Numbered from the stretch's first letter, positions 9,488 to 20,200 are shown. The stretch: DNA of 64,000 nucleotides from Clostridia bacterium (GCA_045545475.1 JAZQAZ010000015.1:32001-96000), one strand, 5' to 3'. The notes: a model not told the origin generated them from the letters alone. Made by a program: numbers and translations.

Positions 9488-11491
9488 TTATTTTATAACA
9501 TTATCTTCGAATATGGAATTGGCACCCTTTTTAGACACCATTCTTTTTCCTATTATTACATTATTTCTTACAATATTATTATCCGATGTACCGGCTTCCA
9601 CTATCGCCTTTGAACCTTCTGGAATATCAATAGTACAGTTTTCAATGACACAGTCTGTAAGATTTATAATATATATAGCAGGAGTAGAACCCAGACTTTG
9701 TGAGGTTTTAATTGTAAGTCCTTTTACAATAGCTCCGCTGTTATTAACAGCCACTCTGCGGTTTACAATGCCTCCGACTATCTCTTTTGCACTCTTTATA
9801 CTTGTCCCAGCCACTCCATCGTTTATATAGATTTCTGTATTATAAACTTTATCCATCTTACTTATTCCTACAGGGAAAGCACAATTTTTTATAATACATC
9901 CCGAAACCGTGGAATTTGTATAATTACTCTGATAAATCGCTCCTGTTTTTGACTCTGCCCCAGAAAGTCCTACACCATCCATCAAAACATTTTCAAAAAG
10001 TAAATCCTTCGAGGTATTGAAAAGAACAGCATTCTGACAGTTTTTTAAGGTCCCGTCACGCACTATTACTTCTGAAGACCCAATTATTTTTATGGCAGTA
10101 TCTTTTATTTCTTCGCAAAAGAAATTATTGATTAAAATATTTTTATTATTTTGCGAACTGGTTGTATCAACCACAGCATTGACATTTACAACCTTCATAT
10201 TTGATATTGTTACATTTTCTTTCGTGCCTTTGCCGGAAAATCTAACCCCCACATTGCATCCCGCTACACTGTTATTATCTATTAAAACATTAATAATATC
10301 TCCACCTGGTGCGCCTATATTTATTGCATTTCCACGTATATTTTTAATTTCATTATTTCTTATTATAACATTTTTCACTGCCGTACCTTTCACCAGTGAT
10401 TCCACGGCTATCCCGAAATTCCCCTTGCCTTCTATGGTTCCGTCCACAACATTATTTTCAACAATCGCACCGTCGCAGCCGTCTCCTACGGAAATCGCAC
10501 CGCCGGCAGAGCCTGCCCCGGGGCTATTTATTACAATGTTGTCGTGAATATATGCATCTTTGCAAAAAACAAGATCCAAAGCCTCGTCTCCCACATTGTT
10601 TATTTTGCAATTTCTGTATGTTGCTCTCACAGTATACTGTATATCAAAGCCGTGAGTTTCCTCTTTGGTGCCGTTTTTTTCTATAGTCCACGCATGATTA
10701 ACAGGGTCAGTATCATATACTCCCATATCAGAAAATGTGATATCGTGCAAGTATTCGCTTTCGTTTTCTGGCTTTCTTTCAGGTTGTATTCTTACAGCAA
10801 CCCAACTTCCGTTTGTTTCCCAATTTTCAAGATATTTAATTACAGATTTGTCTCCGCCATCACCTAGTACTGTCAATCCTCCTGAACCATTAGGCAGACT
10901 TATATACATACCGCCTTCCAGAATCCCGTATTCACCTTCAGGGAAATACACCGTTGCAGGCAGATTATCTACAGCATATGCGAATGCATTTAAAATCGCT
11001 TCCTTATCGTCAGTTAAGCCATCACCAACAGCCCCAAAATCTTTAACATTAACCATTTGTTCTCTACTGTATATATGTACTTCTTTTTTTGTGTTGTCCC
11101 ACTTTACTATACAATCAAAGGCCTCACTTATAGCTCGTACAGGCACCATCGTTCTCGAATCAATCAGTTTTGCAGGGACATCAAGAACCTTTACCTCTCC
11201 ATTTACTGTAAGCTCCGATGCCTCTATTTTTATAGAAACATTTTTATCTTCTTTTTTAGCGGTTACAGTCTTTGTTTTATCATCCCAAAATACCTCAGCA
11301 CCTAATTTTTCAAAAATTTTACGCATTGGAACCATTGTGCGTCCGTCAATAATTACAGGTTCTACATCAAACTCAAGTTTAGTGTTGTCAATAAAAACTC
11401 CGAGACTCTCGTTCGCGTAAACTGACACCATAGAACCACCCAATAAAAGAAAAATCACAATAAAACATACCATTTTTCTCATTTTATTCAT
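9488..11491 (-). CDS. Secreted protein: signal peptide + copper-amine-oxidase N-terminal (stalk) domain + pectin-lyase-fold beta-helix
   Basis: Start moved to ATG 11491 (GGAGGG RBS, hydrophobic signal peptide). DVEPVIIDGRTMVPMR...VPAKLIDSRTMVPVRAISE is the stalk domain. VNVKDFGAVGDGLTDD...TVYFPEGEY begins the beta-helix. Confidence 0.8.
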   Translation of the reverse strand: MNKMRKMVCFIVIFLLLGGSMVSVYANESLGVFIDNTKLEFDVEPVIIDGRTMVPMRKIFEKLGAEVFWDDKTKTVTAKKEDKNVSIKIEASELTVNGEVKVLDVPAKLIDSRTMVPVRAISEAFDCIVKWDNTKKEVHIYSREQMVNVKDFGAVGDGLTDDKEAILNAFAYAVDNLPATVYFPEGEYGILEGGMYISLPNGSGGLTVLGDGGDKSVIKYLENWETNGSWVAVRIQPERKPENESEYLHDITFSDMGVYDTDPVNHAWTIEKNGTKEETHGFDIQYTVRATYRNCKINNVGDEALDLVFCKDAYIHDNIVINSPGAGSAGGAISVGDGCDGAIVENNVVDGTIEGKGNFGIAVESLVKGTAVKNVIIRNNEIKNIRGNAINIGAPGGDIINVLIDNNSVAGCNVGVRFSGKGTKENVTISNMKVVNVNAVVDTTSSQNNKNILINNFFCEEIKDTAIKIIGSSEVIVRDGTLKNCQNAVLFNTSKDLLFENVLMDGVGLSGAESKTGAIYQSNYTNSTVSGCIIKNCAFPVGISKMDKVYNTEIYINDGVAGTSIKSAKEIVGGIVNRRVAVNNSGAIVKGLTIKTSQSLGSTPAIYIINLTDCVIENCTIDIPEGSKAIVEAGTSDNNIVRNNVIIGKRMVSKKGANSIFEDNVIK

Positions 11492-11562
11492 ACCAAAACC
11501 CTCCTGAAATAAAAAAATGCCCCAACCGAAGTCAGCGCAAAAAAAGGCAAACTCCGATTGTC

Positions 11563-11720
11563 GCCAAACAAATTGAATAACATGGGATATTTTATATATC
11601 GCTGCTATCTGGAGTGTTGCATTTTTAACAATATAAAATAGCAGCATTACAAGAAAAGGGTATAATACTCCCATGAAATAAAATACCCCTATTTCTTGCT
11701 TTTTATTCAATTTGTTTGGC
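11563..11720. repeat. 158-bp element bounded by a perfect 18-bp inverted repeat, with internal hairpins
   Basis: GCCAAACAAATTGAATAA (11563-11580) and TTATTCAATTTGTTTGGC (11703-11720) are exact reverse complements. Confidence 0.9.
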
Positions 11721-11726
11721 AAAAGC

Positions 11727-11755
11727 ATTATATCACACATATTATATTTTTGCAA
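11727..11755 (-). promoter_or_regulatory. Sigma-A promoter for the 9488..11491 gene
   Basis: TTGCAA-17 nt-TATAAT with TG extension; predicted +1 near 11720, the first base of the inverted repeat. Confidence 0.75.
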
Positions 11756-11859
11756 CAAATTTATTTTTATTTCAAACAACTATTGACAAATGAGTAAAAA
11801 AACGTTTAGGGACTTCATCGTGCCGAATAAATCGGCAGAATAATTGAGTAGTATAGCAT

Positions 11860-11899
11860 AAAAAATGATGGCAGACGCTTTTATGTCTACCATCATTTT
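11860..11899 (-). terminator. Intrinsic terminator after module 1
   Basis: AAAATGATGGCAGAC / GTCTACCATCATTTT stem, 3 bp past the stop codon. Confidence 0.75.
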
Positions 11900-11902
11900 C
11901 AT

Positions 11903-14320
11903 TTATTTAGTAATTGTAATTTCCTGAGTCTCTCCGTTCCACTCTACGTTATATCCGAGCTGTTCAGAAATAAATCTTACAGGAATGAAGGTTCGGGAAT
12001 CCTTGATTTTAGGCGGTACGTTAAGAGTATATCTTACTTCCTTACCCTTTGAATCAATGATATAAACGCTTCTGGACATAATCTGCATTTCGATTATTGT
12101 TCCGTCCTTTTCGATTAATATCTGCTGAATATTTCCGTTCCATTCAATTGTTGCGCCCATTTCCTCTAAGAGTCCTCTTAAAGGAATAAGGGTGTAGCCT
12201 GCACCTGCAATGTAAGGAGCAACGTCAATCGTTCTTACAGAATCAACTCCGCCTTTATGGGACTTAATCTCGTTTGAACCGATTTTAAGGATGTAGCTTT
12301 CCTTTTCATCCTCTGCCCTCTGCTCTGCTGAATTGGTGCTTTCATAGAAGGTGATTTCAGCACAGCTTGCTCTTCCGTCATTACCCTGATTGATGTAGAA
12401 ACGGATGAATCCTGCATGTATGGGTTCATCAAACCTTATAACCTGCTCGCCCTTTTTCTTTTCAAAGGTTAAAAGCTCCTTTGCGATTTTGTAATTTTCA
12501 CCATCAACGGAGTAAAGCACGTCAAAATCAAGCCACAAGCCGTGATAGTCATCTGACTGACGAGGAAGCACGTTAATCTGTGCCACATAGTAATTGTCGT
12601 TTAAGTCAATATCTAAAACGTAGGGCCCTTCAACCTTGGTTGTCTGCCATACAGATTGGGGTGAGCCGTCAACCACCGCAGAAACCTTACCTGTATCGGG
12701 CCACTGCAAAGGAGCATCGCACTTTGCTGTCATTCCCTTTTTAGGAATTGCGATAAGGCCGCCTTCTTCGTATGCCGCTGCATAATCCTTCGGCTCAACA
12801 ATTGCCATATTGGGATCATACGGTTTAAGATTAAGCTCGGCACAAGTTCCGTAACCGCCGGCACCGTCCAGAAATTCAAGCTTCAAGGCGTCAAGCTTTA
12901 CGTTGAAGGACCACTCGGAATTCTTAAGTCCCATATCGTTTGCCCATTCACCGCCGCCGATCAAATATTCCTCTCCGCCCAAAATTGCATAGGCGTTATA
13001 TTTGAATATTCTTCCCGACTTTATGTTGTCCTGTCTGGGGGTATAGGTAAAGCCGCCGATTGTAACTGTGCCTGGAAGGGTTATTGTTACATAGAAGGGT
13101 GGGTTGTCCTTTGAAAGAATGGTGGAGCCGGATGCTTTATAGTTTGTGTGCCAGTAGGTGGAGCTGTCACCGTCAATCATTTTCTCGGCTGTGTTGTTTC
13201 CGATGTGGCTTGATGCCTTTATTTTCCATTCGGACTTGTCGGGGATGAAGCCGGGTTCATATTCCTCACGGGGGCCCATAAGTTCAGCCTTTTCCTCGGC
13301 AGACTTGATTTCGTCAATATCTTTCTTCGTCAAAATGTCAATTTCCCCGCAGGTGCCTACTCTTCCCGTTGTCGATCTGAACACAAGGCGGATTCCCGCG
13401 ATTTCCGTTTCCTTCCAAGAAACAACTTCAACAGTTCTGTCACCAATAAAGGTGCCCGATGCAAGCTTTTCACCCTGGGCTGTACCGGAAAGTGCGTATA
13501 CATCATAGTCCTTTATATAACCTGTATCGCTGGTCTGTCTTGGAGTATAACGTATACCTGCAGCCTTAACTCTGGCAGGTAGGTTTATGTCAATTGTAAA
13601 GGGGGCAGGATCTGTTGTGTCAACCTTTCCATCCTTTACAGTGTACTTTGAGTGCCAGTAAGTCACAGGATCGCCGTCTATCATTTTTTCTGCTTTTTCT
13701 GTGTTAAGCTCGCTTGATGCCTTGATTTTCCAGGTGGATTTTTCCGGAACAGTTTCCACCAAAGGAAGCTTTGCCGCATCGTTGGCAGATGCCATTTCCG
13801 CGGGGCTTATAAGGTCAATTTCCGCACAGGTTCCGACACCGCCCGATGCCACCGTACTTGTGAAAATTATTCTTATGCCGGAAAGATTAACGGCATCCCA
13901 GCTGAAAGTTTCGATTGTATCGTCTCCAACAAATGTGCCCTTTGCAAGAAGCTTTCCCTGAGTTTCGCCCGAAAGCTCATAAAATTCAAAGCCCTTTACA
14001 TAGCCCGTGTTGCTGTTCTGTCTCGGAGTATAACGGATACCTGCAACAGTTGCCTCGGAAGGAAGGGTAATGTCTATTATATAGGGAGGCTGAACCTTGT
14101 TTACAGCCTTTCCGTCTTCCGTGTCGTACTTGGAGTGCCAGATAGTATCTGTTTTTCCGTCAATCATCAACTCTGCCTTGCCCCAACCCATTTCCGTGTT
14201 GGCGGTAATTTTCCAGGTGGACTTTTCGGGGATTGGCAAATCTTCTGCACTTATATAAAGTACACTTACAGTTGAAAGCACTAAGATAAGAGAAAGCATT
14301 AAGCTTAAAATCTTTTTCAT
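11903..14320 (-). CDS. Module 1 partner: secreted protein with 4 F5/8C (CBM32/discoidin-like) domains + C-terminal stalk domain
   Basis: Start ATG 14320 (MKKILSL..., GGAGG RBS). Repeats of MIDG..TYWHS...YTPRQ...TCAEI. C-terminal IDVAPYI..TLIPLRGLLE...RTFIPVRFISEQLGYNVEW. Confidence 0.85.
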   Translation of the reverse strand: MKKILSLMLSLILVLSTVSVLYISAEDLPIPEKSTWKITANTEMGWGKAELMIDGKTDTIWHSKYDTEDGKAVNKVQPPYIIDITLPSEATVAGIRYTPRQNSNTGYVKGFEFYELSGETQGKLLAKGTFVGDDTIETFSWDAVNLSGIRIIFTSTVASGGVGTCAEIDLISPAEMASANDAAKLPLVETVPEKSTWKIKASSELNTEKAEKMIDGDPVTYWHSKYTVKDGKVDTTDPAPFTIDINLPARVKAAGIRYTPRQTSDTGYIKDYDVYALSGTAQGEKLASGTFIGDRTVEVVSWKETEIAGIRLVFRSTTGRVGTCGEIDILTKKDIDEIKSAEEKAELMGPREEYEPGFIPDKSEWKIKASSHIGNNTAEKMIDGDSSTYWHTNYKASGSTILSKDNPPFYVTITLPGTVTIGGFTYTPRQDNIKSGRIFKYNAYAILGGEEYLIGGGEWANDMGLKNSEWSFNVKLDALKLEFLDGAGGYGTCAELNLKPYDPNMAIVEPKDYAAAYEEGGLIAIPKKGMTAKCDAPLQWPDTGKVSAVVDGSPQSVWQTTKVEGPYVLDIDLNDNYYVAQINVLPRQSDDYHGLWLDFDVLYSVDGENYKIAKELLTFEKKKGEQVIRFDEPIHAGFIRFYINQGNDGRASCAEITFYESTNSAEQRAEDEKESYILKIGSNEIKSHKGGVDSVRTIDVAPYIAGAGYTLIPLRGLLEEMGATIEWNGNIQQILIEKDGTIIEMQIMSRSVYIIDSKGKEVRYTLNVPPKIKDSRTFIPVRFISEQLGYNVEWNGETQEITITK

Positions 14321-14334
14321 TTTTGTCCCTCCCC

Positions 14335-16980
14335 TTATAAAATTTCCGCAGCCTTTAATACTGCATCCACATTTATTTCTCCGCCGCTTATTGCAAATGT
14401 ATCTCCATTTACATAGGCTTTCCAACCGAACACCTCGGTTAAATAGCTTAAAGGAATGTATCTTAAGCCATCTACTACCTTAACGGGAGCAGAAAGTGCC
14501 ACTACCGCACCGTTCTTTCTTGCTTCCATACTTCCAACGATGGTGTATGACCAGATATGGTCAACAATTTCTATGCCCTTACGGTTATAATTTGAAACAT
14601 ACTGAGCATTATCCTCTGCATAATATTCCGTCTTTGTTTCGCCGTAGCCCATTATATCTTCCACAGCAAGTTCCGGAACGTAAAGTGTTCCGTTTTCCAT
14701 AAAGGCGGTGATTCTTGTATCGGCGTCATAAATATTCATTTTACCGCCCGATACCACCATTTTATTACTTCCAGCCTTAAATACCGCTGTATCATTAAGT
14801 GCCACCCTTGTATCATCATCAAGAGAAACCTGGGCAATTTCGGTGTAAAGATAGTTAAAGCGTCCATTGGGTGCAACGGATCCAAACTCGTAAAATCTTA
14901 ATACATCGCCGTTTTCTTCTGCATTGTCGGCAACCTTGAATTCAAGGTCAATTGCACCGGTTTCGCCTATCATCTCTCTTGTAAGAGCGAATATAACGCT
15001 CTTACCATTTATCTTTACTTCTGCATTTCCAACTGCGTTCCATGTGCCGTTATAGGAAGAAACATTACCGTCACCTGCAATAAGGTAGTCATAACCTTCC
15101 CATCCTGTCGCATAGTTACGGTCGGTATTTAAGTAAATGTGAAGCTTTGATGTATCCGTAACCTTCGCTTCTGCATCTACCTTTATGTAGAGCTTTGCGT
15201 CATCACGTGCCATTTTTGCACCGGTGATTACGTTTACATAGCTTGTTACATAGTGGAAGTTTTCGCCCGTCTTATAGTTGATGAGTCCGTATTCATCACG
15301 TTCTTCGCCGAAGTTATCGTTGATAAATTCCGGGCCAACGTTATCCCACTGGGAAAGGTCACCTGCGATATCTATGGTCTTATCCTCTGTTGCAAGAGGT
15401 GCAGGACGAACACCCTTATATTTTCTTACAAAGTCGCAAAGTAAATTATAATAGTCATCTCTTAAAGGACCTCTGGATGGCTCAAAGTCACGGCTTCCCT
15501 CATCGTCAAAGGAGTCAACAAAGGAGTTATCGTGGCCTGAATACTGAGCCTGTCTTCCCGCAGTCCACTCGTTCCAGCCGTCAACATAGATAAATGCAGG
15601 ATCTTCCCTTAGTGCCTGAATAGCCTCTTCCCTGAAGAAGTAACCCATATTCGTTGCGCCTTCTCTGTAGTCCTCGCCGAAGCCTTCTGTATAGCTTCTT
15701 CCCTTGGTGTAAGGATCGGAGAATACGCAGGTATGACTCCAGCCGTCAACATAGGATTCGTTTACTCCGGTACCCACAACCATAAATTCCGTTCTTCCGT
15801 CTTCTTCGGTGTTCCACTTGGTTAAGGGAGAAGCCTGGAGCCAGTGCCAATAGCGGTCGCCTCCCACATATTCAACGGGCTCACGGGAACCTGACATACG
15901 GAATGTGTAAAATTCAAAAATTTCTCTTATATATGCTGTTTCGTCAAGCTTTTTTGTATCAAGATTGGTAGACCACTTGGAGTTGTTACCAAACATAAGG
16001 GGCTTACCGTCCCACTCATACCAAAGATCTTTATATCTTTCGTTTTCAAAGAAATATGTATGGACATTTACAAGCTGAGTACGTCGCTGGGAATGGTCTA
16101 CATACCAGGAGTTAAGAGCATTAATCTTGGGAACACGGATTCCGTCCGCCTTTGCATCGGCATATGCCTCGCAGAGAAGATTAAGTGTCTGTCCGCCCGA
16201 AGCAGTACCGTTTGACCAGTCAAAGAAGATTACGTCAACGCCTGCATTTGCAAGCATAATGGCGTGGCGGCGGATTACCCAGTAGTCGGACATCATATAG
16301 TAGCCGAACAAGGGCTCGTTCCAGTAGTAGGCTGTTGCACCCTCCGGCCATGCCTCGTGATAGAAATCATCATATGCATCGGGGTGTGCAGCTATAATTT
16401 CCGAGGGAATTCTTGCTGTTGTTATGGGCTTTTCCTCCGATCCCCTGAGCCAGTACATCATACCGACCTGGCGCATTCCCTCTTTAACGGGTCCAACCTC
16501 TTCAAAGTCAGCCACCTTAACGCCTGCGGCACTTGTCGCAACCCAGGTGTCCGAATAGTTATCGATGAGGCAATCATCTGACGGAATGGTGTAGGGGCTT
16601 ACATACTTTTCCTTGGAAAATGTAACGGATTTAATTGCCGCTCTTCCGATATGCGCCGTTACATAAACGTCATGTACTCCTGAAATTTCTCTGATATTTG
16701 AGGAGTATTCCGTTATGCGATTGTCGCAGATTCTTAAAAATGTAATAATATGTCCTCCGTCTGCCTTATCTGCCGTAATTCTCAAGGTTGCTTCGCTGTA
16801 TGAATCAAGTGTAACCTTTACGGACTTTATGTCAGTAAGGTCAACCTTTTCAAAAACAACGCTTTCCCCCTCCTTGATGCTTTTTGAAACATCAAGAACT
16901 GTTTTTGTCCCTTCTGCAAATGACGGTATCATAGATAAAACCATCAGAAGCACAAGAAACAAAGCTGCAAGTTTTTTCAT
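14335..16980 (-). CDS. Module 1 enzyme: signal peptide + CBM6-like + GH99/GH71-like barrel + beta-sandwich + degenerate stalk domain
   Basis: SGVHDVYV (CBM6 end); YYWNEPLFGYY..YWVIRRHAIMLANAGVD; GKPL; GWNEW...EGSRDFEP; YLNTDRNYATGWEGYD; APVKVVDGLRYIPL. Confidence 0.7.
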   Translation of the reverse strand: MKKLAALFLVLLMVLSMIPSFAEGTKTVLDVSKSIKEGESVVFEKVDLTDIKSVKVTLDSYSEATLRITADKADGGHIITFLRICDNRITEYSSNIREISGVHDVYVTAHIGRAAIKSVTFSKEKYVSPYTIPSDDCLIDNYSDTWVATSAAGVKVADFEEVGPVKEGMRQVGMMYWLRGSEEKPITTARIPSEIIAAHPDAYDDFYHEAWPEGATAYYWNEPLFGYYMMSDYWVIRRHAIMLANAGVDVIFFDWSNGTASGGQTLNLLCEAYADAKADGIRVPKINALNSWYVDHSQRRTQLVNVHTYFFENERYKDLWYEWDGKPLMFGNNSKWSTNLDTKKLDETAYIREIFEFYTFRMSGSREPVEYVGGDRYWHWLQASPLTKWNTEEDGRTEFMVVGTGVNESYVDGWSHTCVFSDPYTKGRSYTEGFGEDYREGATNMGYFFREEAIQALREDPAFIYVDGWNEWTAGRQAQYSGHDNSFVDSFDDEGSRDFEPSRGPLRDDYYNLLCDFVRKYKGVRPAPLATEDKTIDIAGDLSQWDNVGPEFINDNFGEERDEYGLINYKTGENFHYVTSYVNVITGAKMARDDAKLYIKVDAEAKVTDTSKLHIYLNTDRNYATGWEGYDYLIAGDGNVSSYNGTWNAVGNAEVKINGKSVIFALTREMIGETGAIDLEFKVADNAEENGDVLRFYEFGSVAPNGRFNYLYTEIAQVSLDDDTRVALNDTAVFKAGSNKMVVSGGKMNIYDADTRITAFMENGTLYVPELAVEDIMGYGETKTEYYAEDNAQYVSNYNRKGIEIVDHIWSYTIVGSMEARKNGAVVALSAPVKVVDGLRYIPLSYLTEVFGWKAYVNGDTFAISGGEINVDAVLKAAEIL

Positions 16981-17032
16981 ATTTTTTCTTCCTTTCTTTT
17001 ATGCGGATAAAATCCCCATAATTCTTAGTTTT

Positions 17033-17094
17033 ATTTTACCACAAATCACTTTTTATTTCCTTAATTTTTTTTACCGATTATGTGCCTTATTTCT
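17033..17094 (-). promoter_or_regulatory. Activator-dependent promoter: extended -10 (TGGTAAAAT) + 37-bp motif at the -35 region
   Basis: 17058-17094 matches 46071-46107 at 32/37 positions, and both lie 19 bp from a -10 hexamer. Confidence 0.65.
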
Positions 17095-17169
17095 TCAATT
17101 TTTTGTCATTTATTAAAATTCGTCTCATACAGTATACAATACCTGAAACTATAATTCAAGCGATTAAAG

Positions 17170-17202
17170 AAAACAGGGCGTAGAAAATCTACGTCCTGTT
17201 TT
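17170..17202 (-). terminator. Intrinsic terminator after module 2
   Basis: AAAACAGGGCGTAG / CTACGTCCTGTTTT stem. Confidence 0.75.
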
Positions 17203-17214
17203 GGTTATTATGCC

Positions 17215-20200
17215 TTATTTGGTTATGGTTACCTGCCTTGTCTCTCCGTTCCACTCCACGTTATAGCCTAAGTGTTCGGAGATAAATCTTATGGGAATAA
17301 AGGTTCTTCCGTCCTTTATTCTGGGAGCCTGAGGAAGGGTGTAGCGCACTGTTCCGTACTTTCCGCCCGTTTCAACGAAAACAAGATTGTAGCGGTTCTG
17401 CAAGGTAATTGTTATGCCGTCCTTTTTAATTATGATGGTCTGATCTTCGTCAATCCATGTAATTTCAGCACCCATCATTTCAAGCAATCCACGAAGAGGA
17501 ATCAAGGTCGAGCCTCCTGCGATGTAGGGTGCAACATCCAGCGTTTTTTCTTCTGCTACGCCTTCTTTAACCGCACTTATCACGGGTGAATCAATTTTGA
17601 GAACGTACTTTTCGTTGTTTCCGCCGGTTCTCTTTTTCATTGTGGCAACGGTTTCATAAAATTTAAGTTCGCCCACAGATGCCTTGTCTGTATAGCCCTT
17701 TGTAATTCTGAATTCCACATACTGTGCCTTGACGGGTGTATCCAGAACAATTCTCTTAACATCGAGATTTTTTTCAAAGCTTAAATTTTCAAACATAACC
17801 TCATAGTTTTCACCGTCGAGTGAATAGTATACGCTAAACTCTTCCCATGTTCCGTGGAAATCCTTTGTCTGTCTGGGGAACACATCAATTGCAGCAATTT
17901 CCTGTACCCTTGCAAGGTTTATGTTAAGGGTATAAGGCGCTTTTTCATTACTTGCTGTCTGCCACCAGGTTTCCGGTCTTCCGTCAAGTACGTTTTTGAG
18001 CGGTCCGTTTACATAGGCAGGCTTGTTTGATGTTGCTATACCATCTTTTGTGTTAATTTCGGAAAGTCCCTTTTTATCGTAAAGAGCCTCATAACCTGAT
18101 GCCTTAACAGTATCAGATCCATCCTTTGCCTTAAAGAGCTTAAGCTCTGCACAGGTGCCGTAACCGTTACCGCCGTTTGTAATAACAAAACGGAATTTCT
18201 TTGCGGTAATGTTGCCAACATAGTGCTTTTCGCTTTTACTTGCCGGAATAAGGGTAGAAAATGCGGTATTCATTGTTCCCGATTCCAGGAAATACCACTC
18301 TCCGTCATCGGAATCTGATGCATAGGTTTCATAGCTTGTGCAAATGCCGCTCGTTCCGTCATGTCTTGCCTGATACATAAAGCCTGAGAAGGTTTCTTCC
18401 TTATCAAATATGATATCAATGTTATAAGGTGCACTGTCACGGCTAACGATATTGCTTCCCTCTGCCACATAGTTTGAGTGCCAGTAGCTGTTTTCTTTTC
18501 CGTCAATAACCTTATAGGGAGCATATCCCTCTCTTACACTGGAGGCTTCTGCCTTCCACCCGGAAGAAGAAAGGAAGTTATCAACTTCTTCTGTTTTTGC
18601 TTCGTCGTCTTTCTTTTCCTCGGTTTTCTGCACTACAACCTTACCGTCTGCATCCTTTACAGTTACATCGGAATCGCTTAAAGCCCCTTTTGCAAGAAGG
18701 TCTATTTCCGCAGCTGTTGCATAGCCGCCGTTTCCGTCTGTAACCTTTATCATAATACCCTTATAGCTTCCCCCGGGAATTGCAACATCACGATACTCTC
18801 TTGAAGAGATGATGCTTGTGGGAAATTCTGCCGTTACCATATGCTTGAAATTATTGCCGTCTTCCGTTACATATATTTCTATAACTTTTGCAATACCTGC
18901 ATCGGAGGCATCTTTTCCGTTTATTTGTCTTGGAGTATAACGGATACCGCCAAAGGTAATGGGTGCATCAAAAACTGCGGTTATCGAATGAGGGGGATCG
19001 TGTTTTGTGCTTGCTCCCGATTCATCGGAGAAATTGGAGTGCCAGTAGGTGTTTTCCTTTCCGTCAAACGCCTTATCCGCTTCATACCACTTCTGAACGC
19101 AGCTTGCAGATACTGTCCACTTTTTCTTATCTGCAGAAATAATGCTGTTTCCTTCGGAAACTTCTCCTCCGACTGTTTCTGTCTTGAGAGAATAGGTATC
19201 AGTTCTTCCGTCGCCCTTTACGGTACCTACATTTGCGGTGTTTTTCGCTCCACTTTCAATAAATGTAATTTCTGCCGCACTTCCGTGTCCCGATACACCT
19301 GAAACCTTAAAACGGATTGCCTTGAATTTTCCGGCTGCATAAAGTGCCGCTGTCGCAGTTTCTCTCTGCTGAGCAACCGCTACGGTATCATAAACGAGCT
19401 TTGTATTATATGTAAACTTTACTCCGTCCTCGGAGGTATAAACCTCAACTATCTGCCAGATACCTGCTTCGGAGGTATCCTTTTCAGTTTTCTGTCTCGG
19501 AACATATGTTACACCTGAAATTTCACGTATCTCGGGGAATATCACGGTAATCATATGGGGATTTTCGTGCTTTGTTGATACCCCGTCCTTTGAATATTCC
19601 GAGTGCCAGTAGGTTTTTTCGTTTCCGTCAAACGCTTTTATAATTTCGTTACCCTTCTGGAAACAGCTTACATAAACCGTTCCGACACTTGTTTCAGTTC
19701 CGGCTTCTGTAATTACAGTCTTTGCCGGCTCTTTAGCTTCGGTTTCTTTCTTGCTTTCATCCTTTTCTGTCGCACCGTCGCCCTTTACGGTTCCTACATT
19801 TGCGGTGTTTTTCGCTCCGCTTTTTATGAATTTGATTTCTGCCGCACTTCCGTGTCCCGATACTCCCGACACTTTAAAACGGATTGCCTTGAAACTTCCG
19901 CCTGCATAAAGCGCCGCCGTTGCAGTTTCTCTCTGCTGAGCCACCGCTACGGTATCATAAACAAGCTTGGTGTTGTATGTGTAATTAACTCCGTCCTCGG
20001 AGGTATATACCTCAACTATCTGCCAGATACCTGCTTCGGATGAGTCCTTTTCCGTTTTCTGTCTCGGAACATATGTTACGCCGGAAATATCCCTTTTATC
20101 GGGAAACTCAACAGTTATTGTGTGGGGAGGATTGTGCTTTGTCGATGCACCGTCCTTTGAATATTCCGAATGCCAGTAAGTGGATTCGTTTCCGTCAAAT

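Noticed and set aside
11492-11779. N-terminal 96-codon extension of ORF 9488..11779
   Set aside because: The region holds a promoter, the IR element and an RBS before ATG 11491, which begins a normal signal peptide.
11821-11837. Small hairpin TGCCGA-ATAAA-TCGGCA
   Set aside because: A 6-bp stem with no second copy or context; it could be chance.
14321-14425. Extended starts of ORFs 11903..14425 and 31528..34083
   Set aside because: They overlap the upstream gene; RBS and MKK signal peptides lie at 14320 and 34035.
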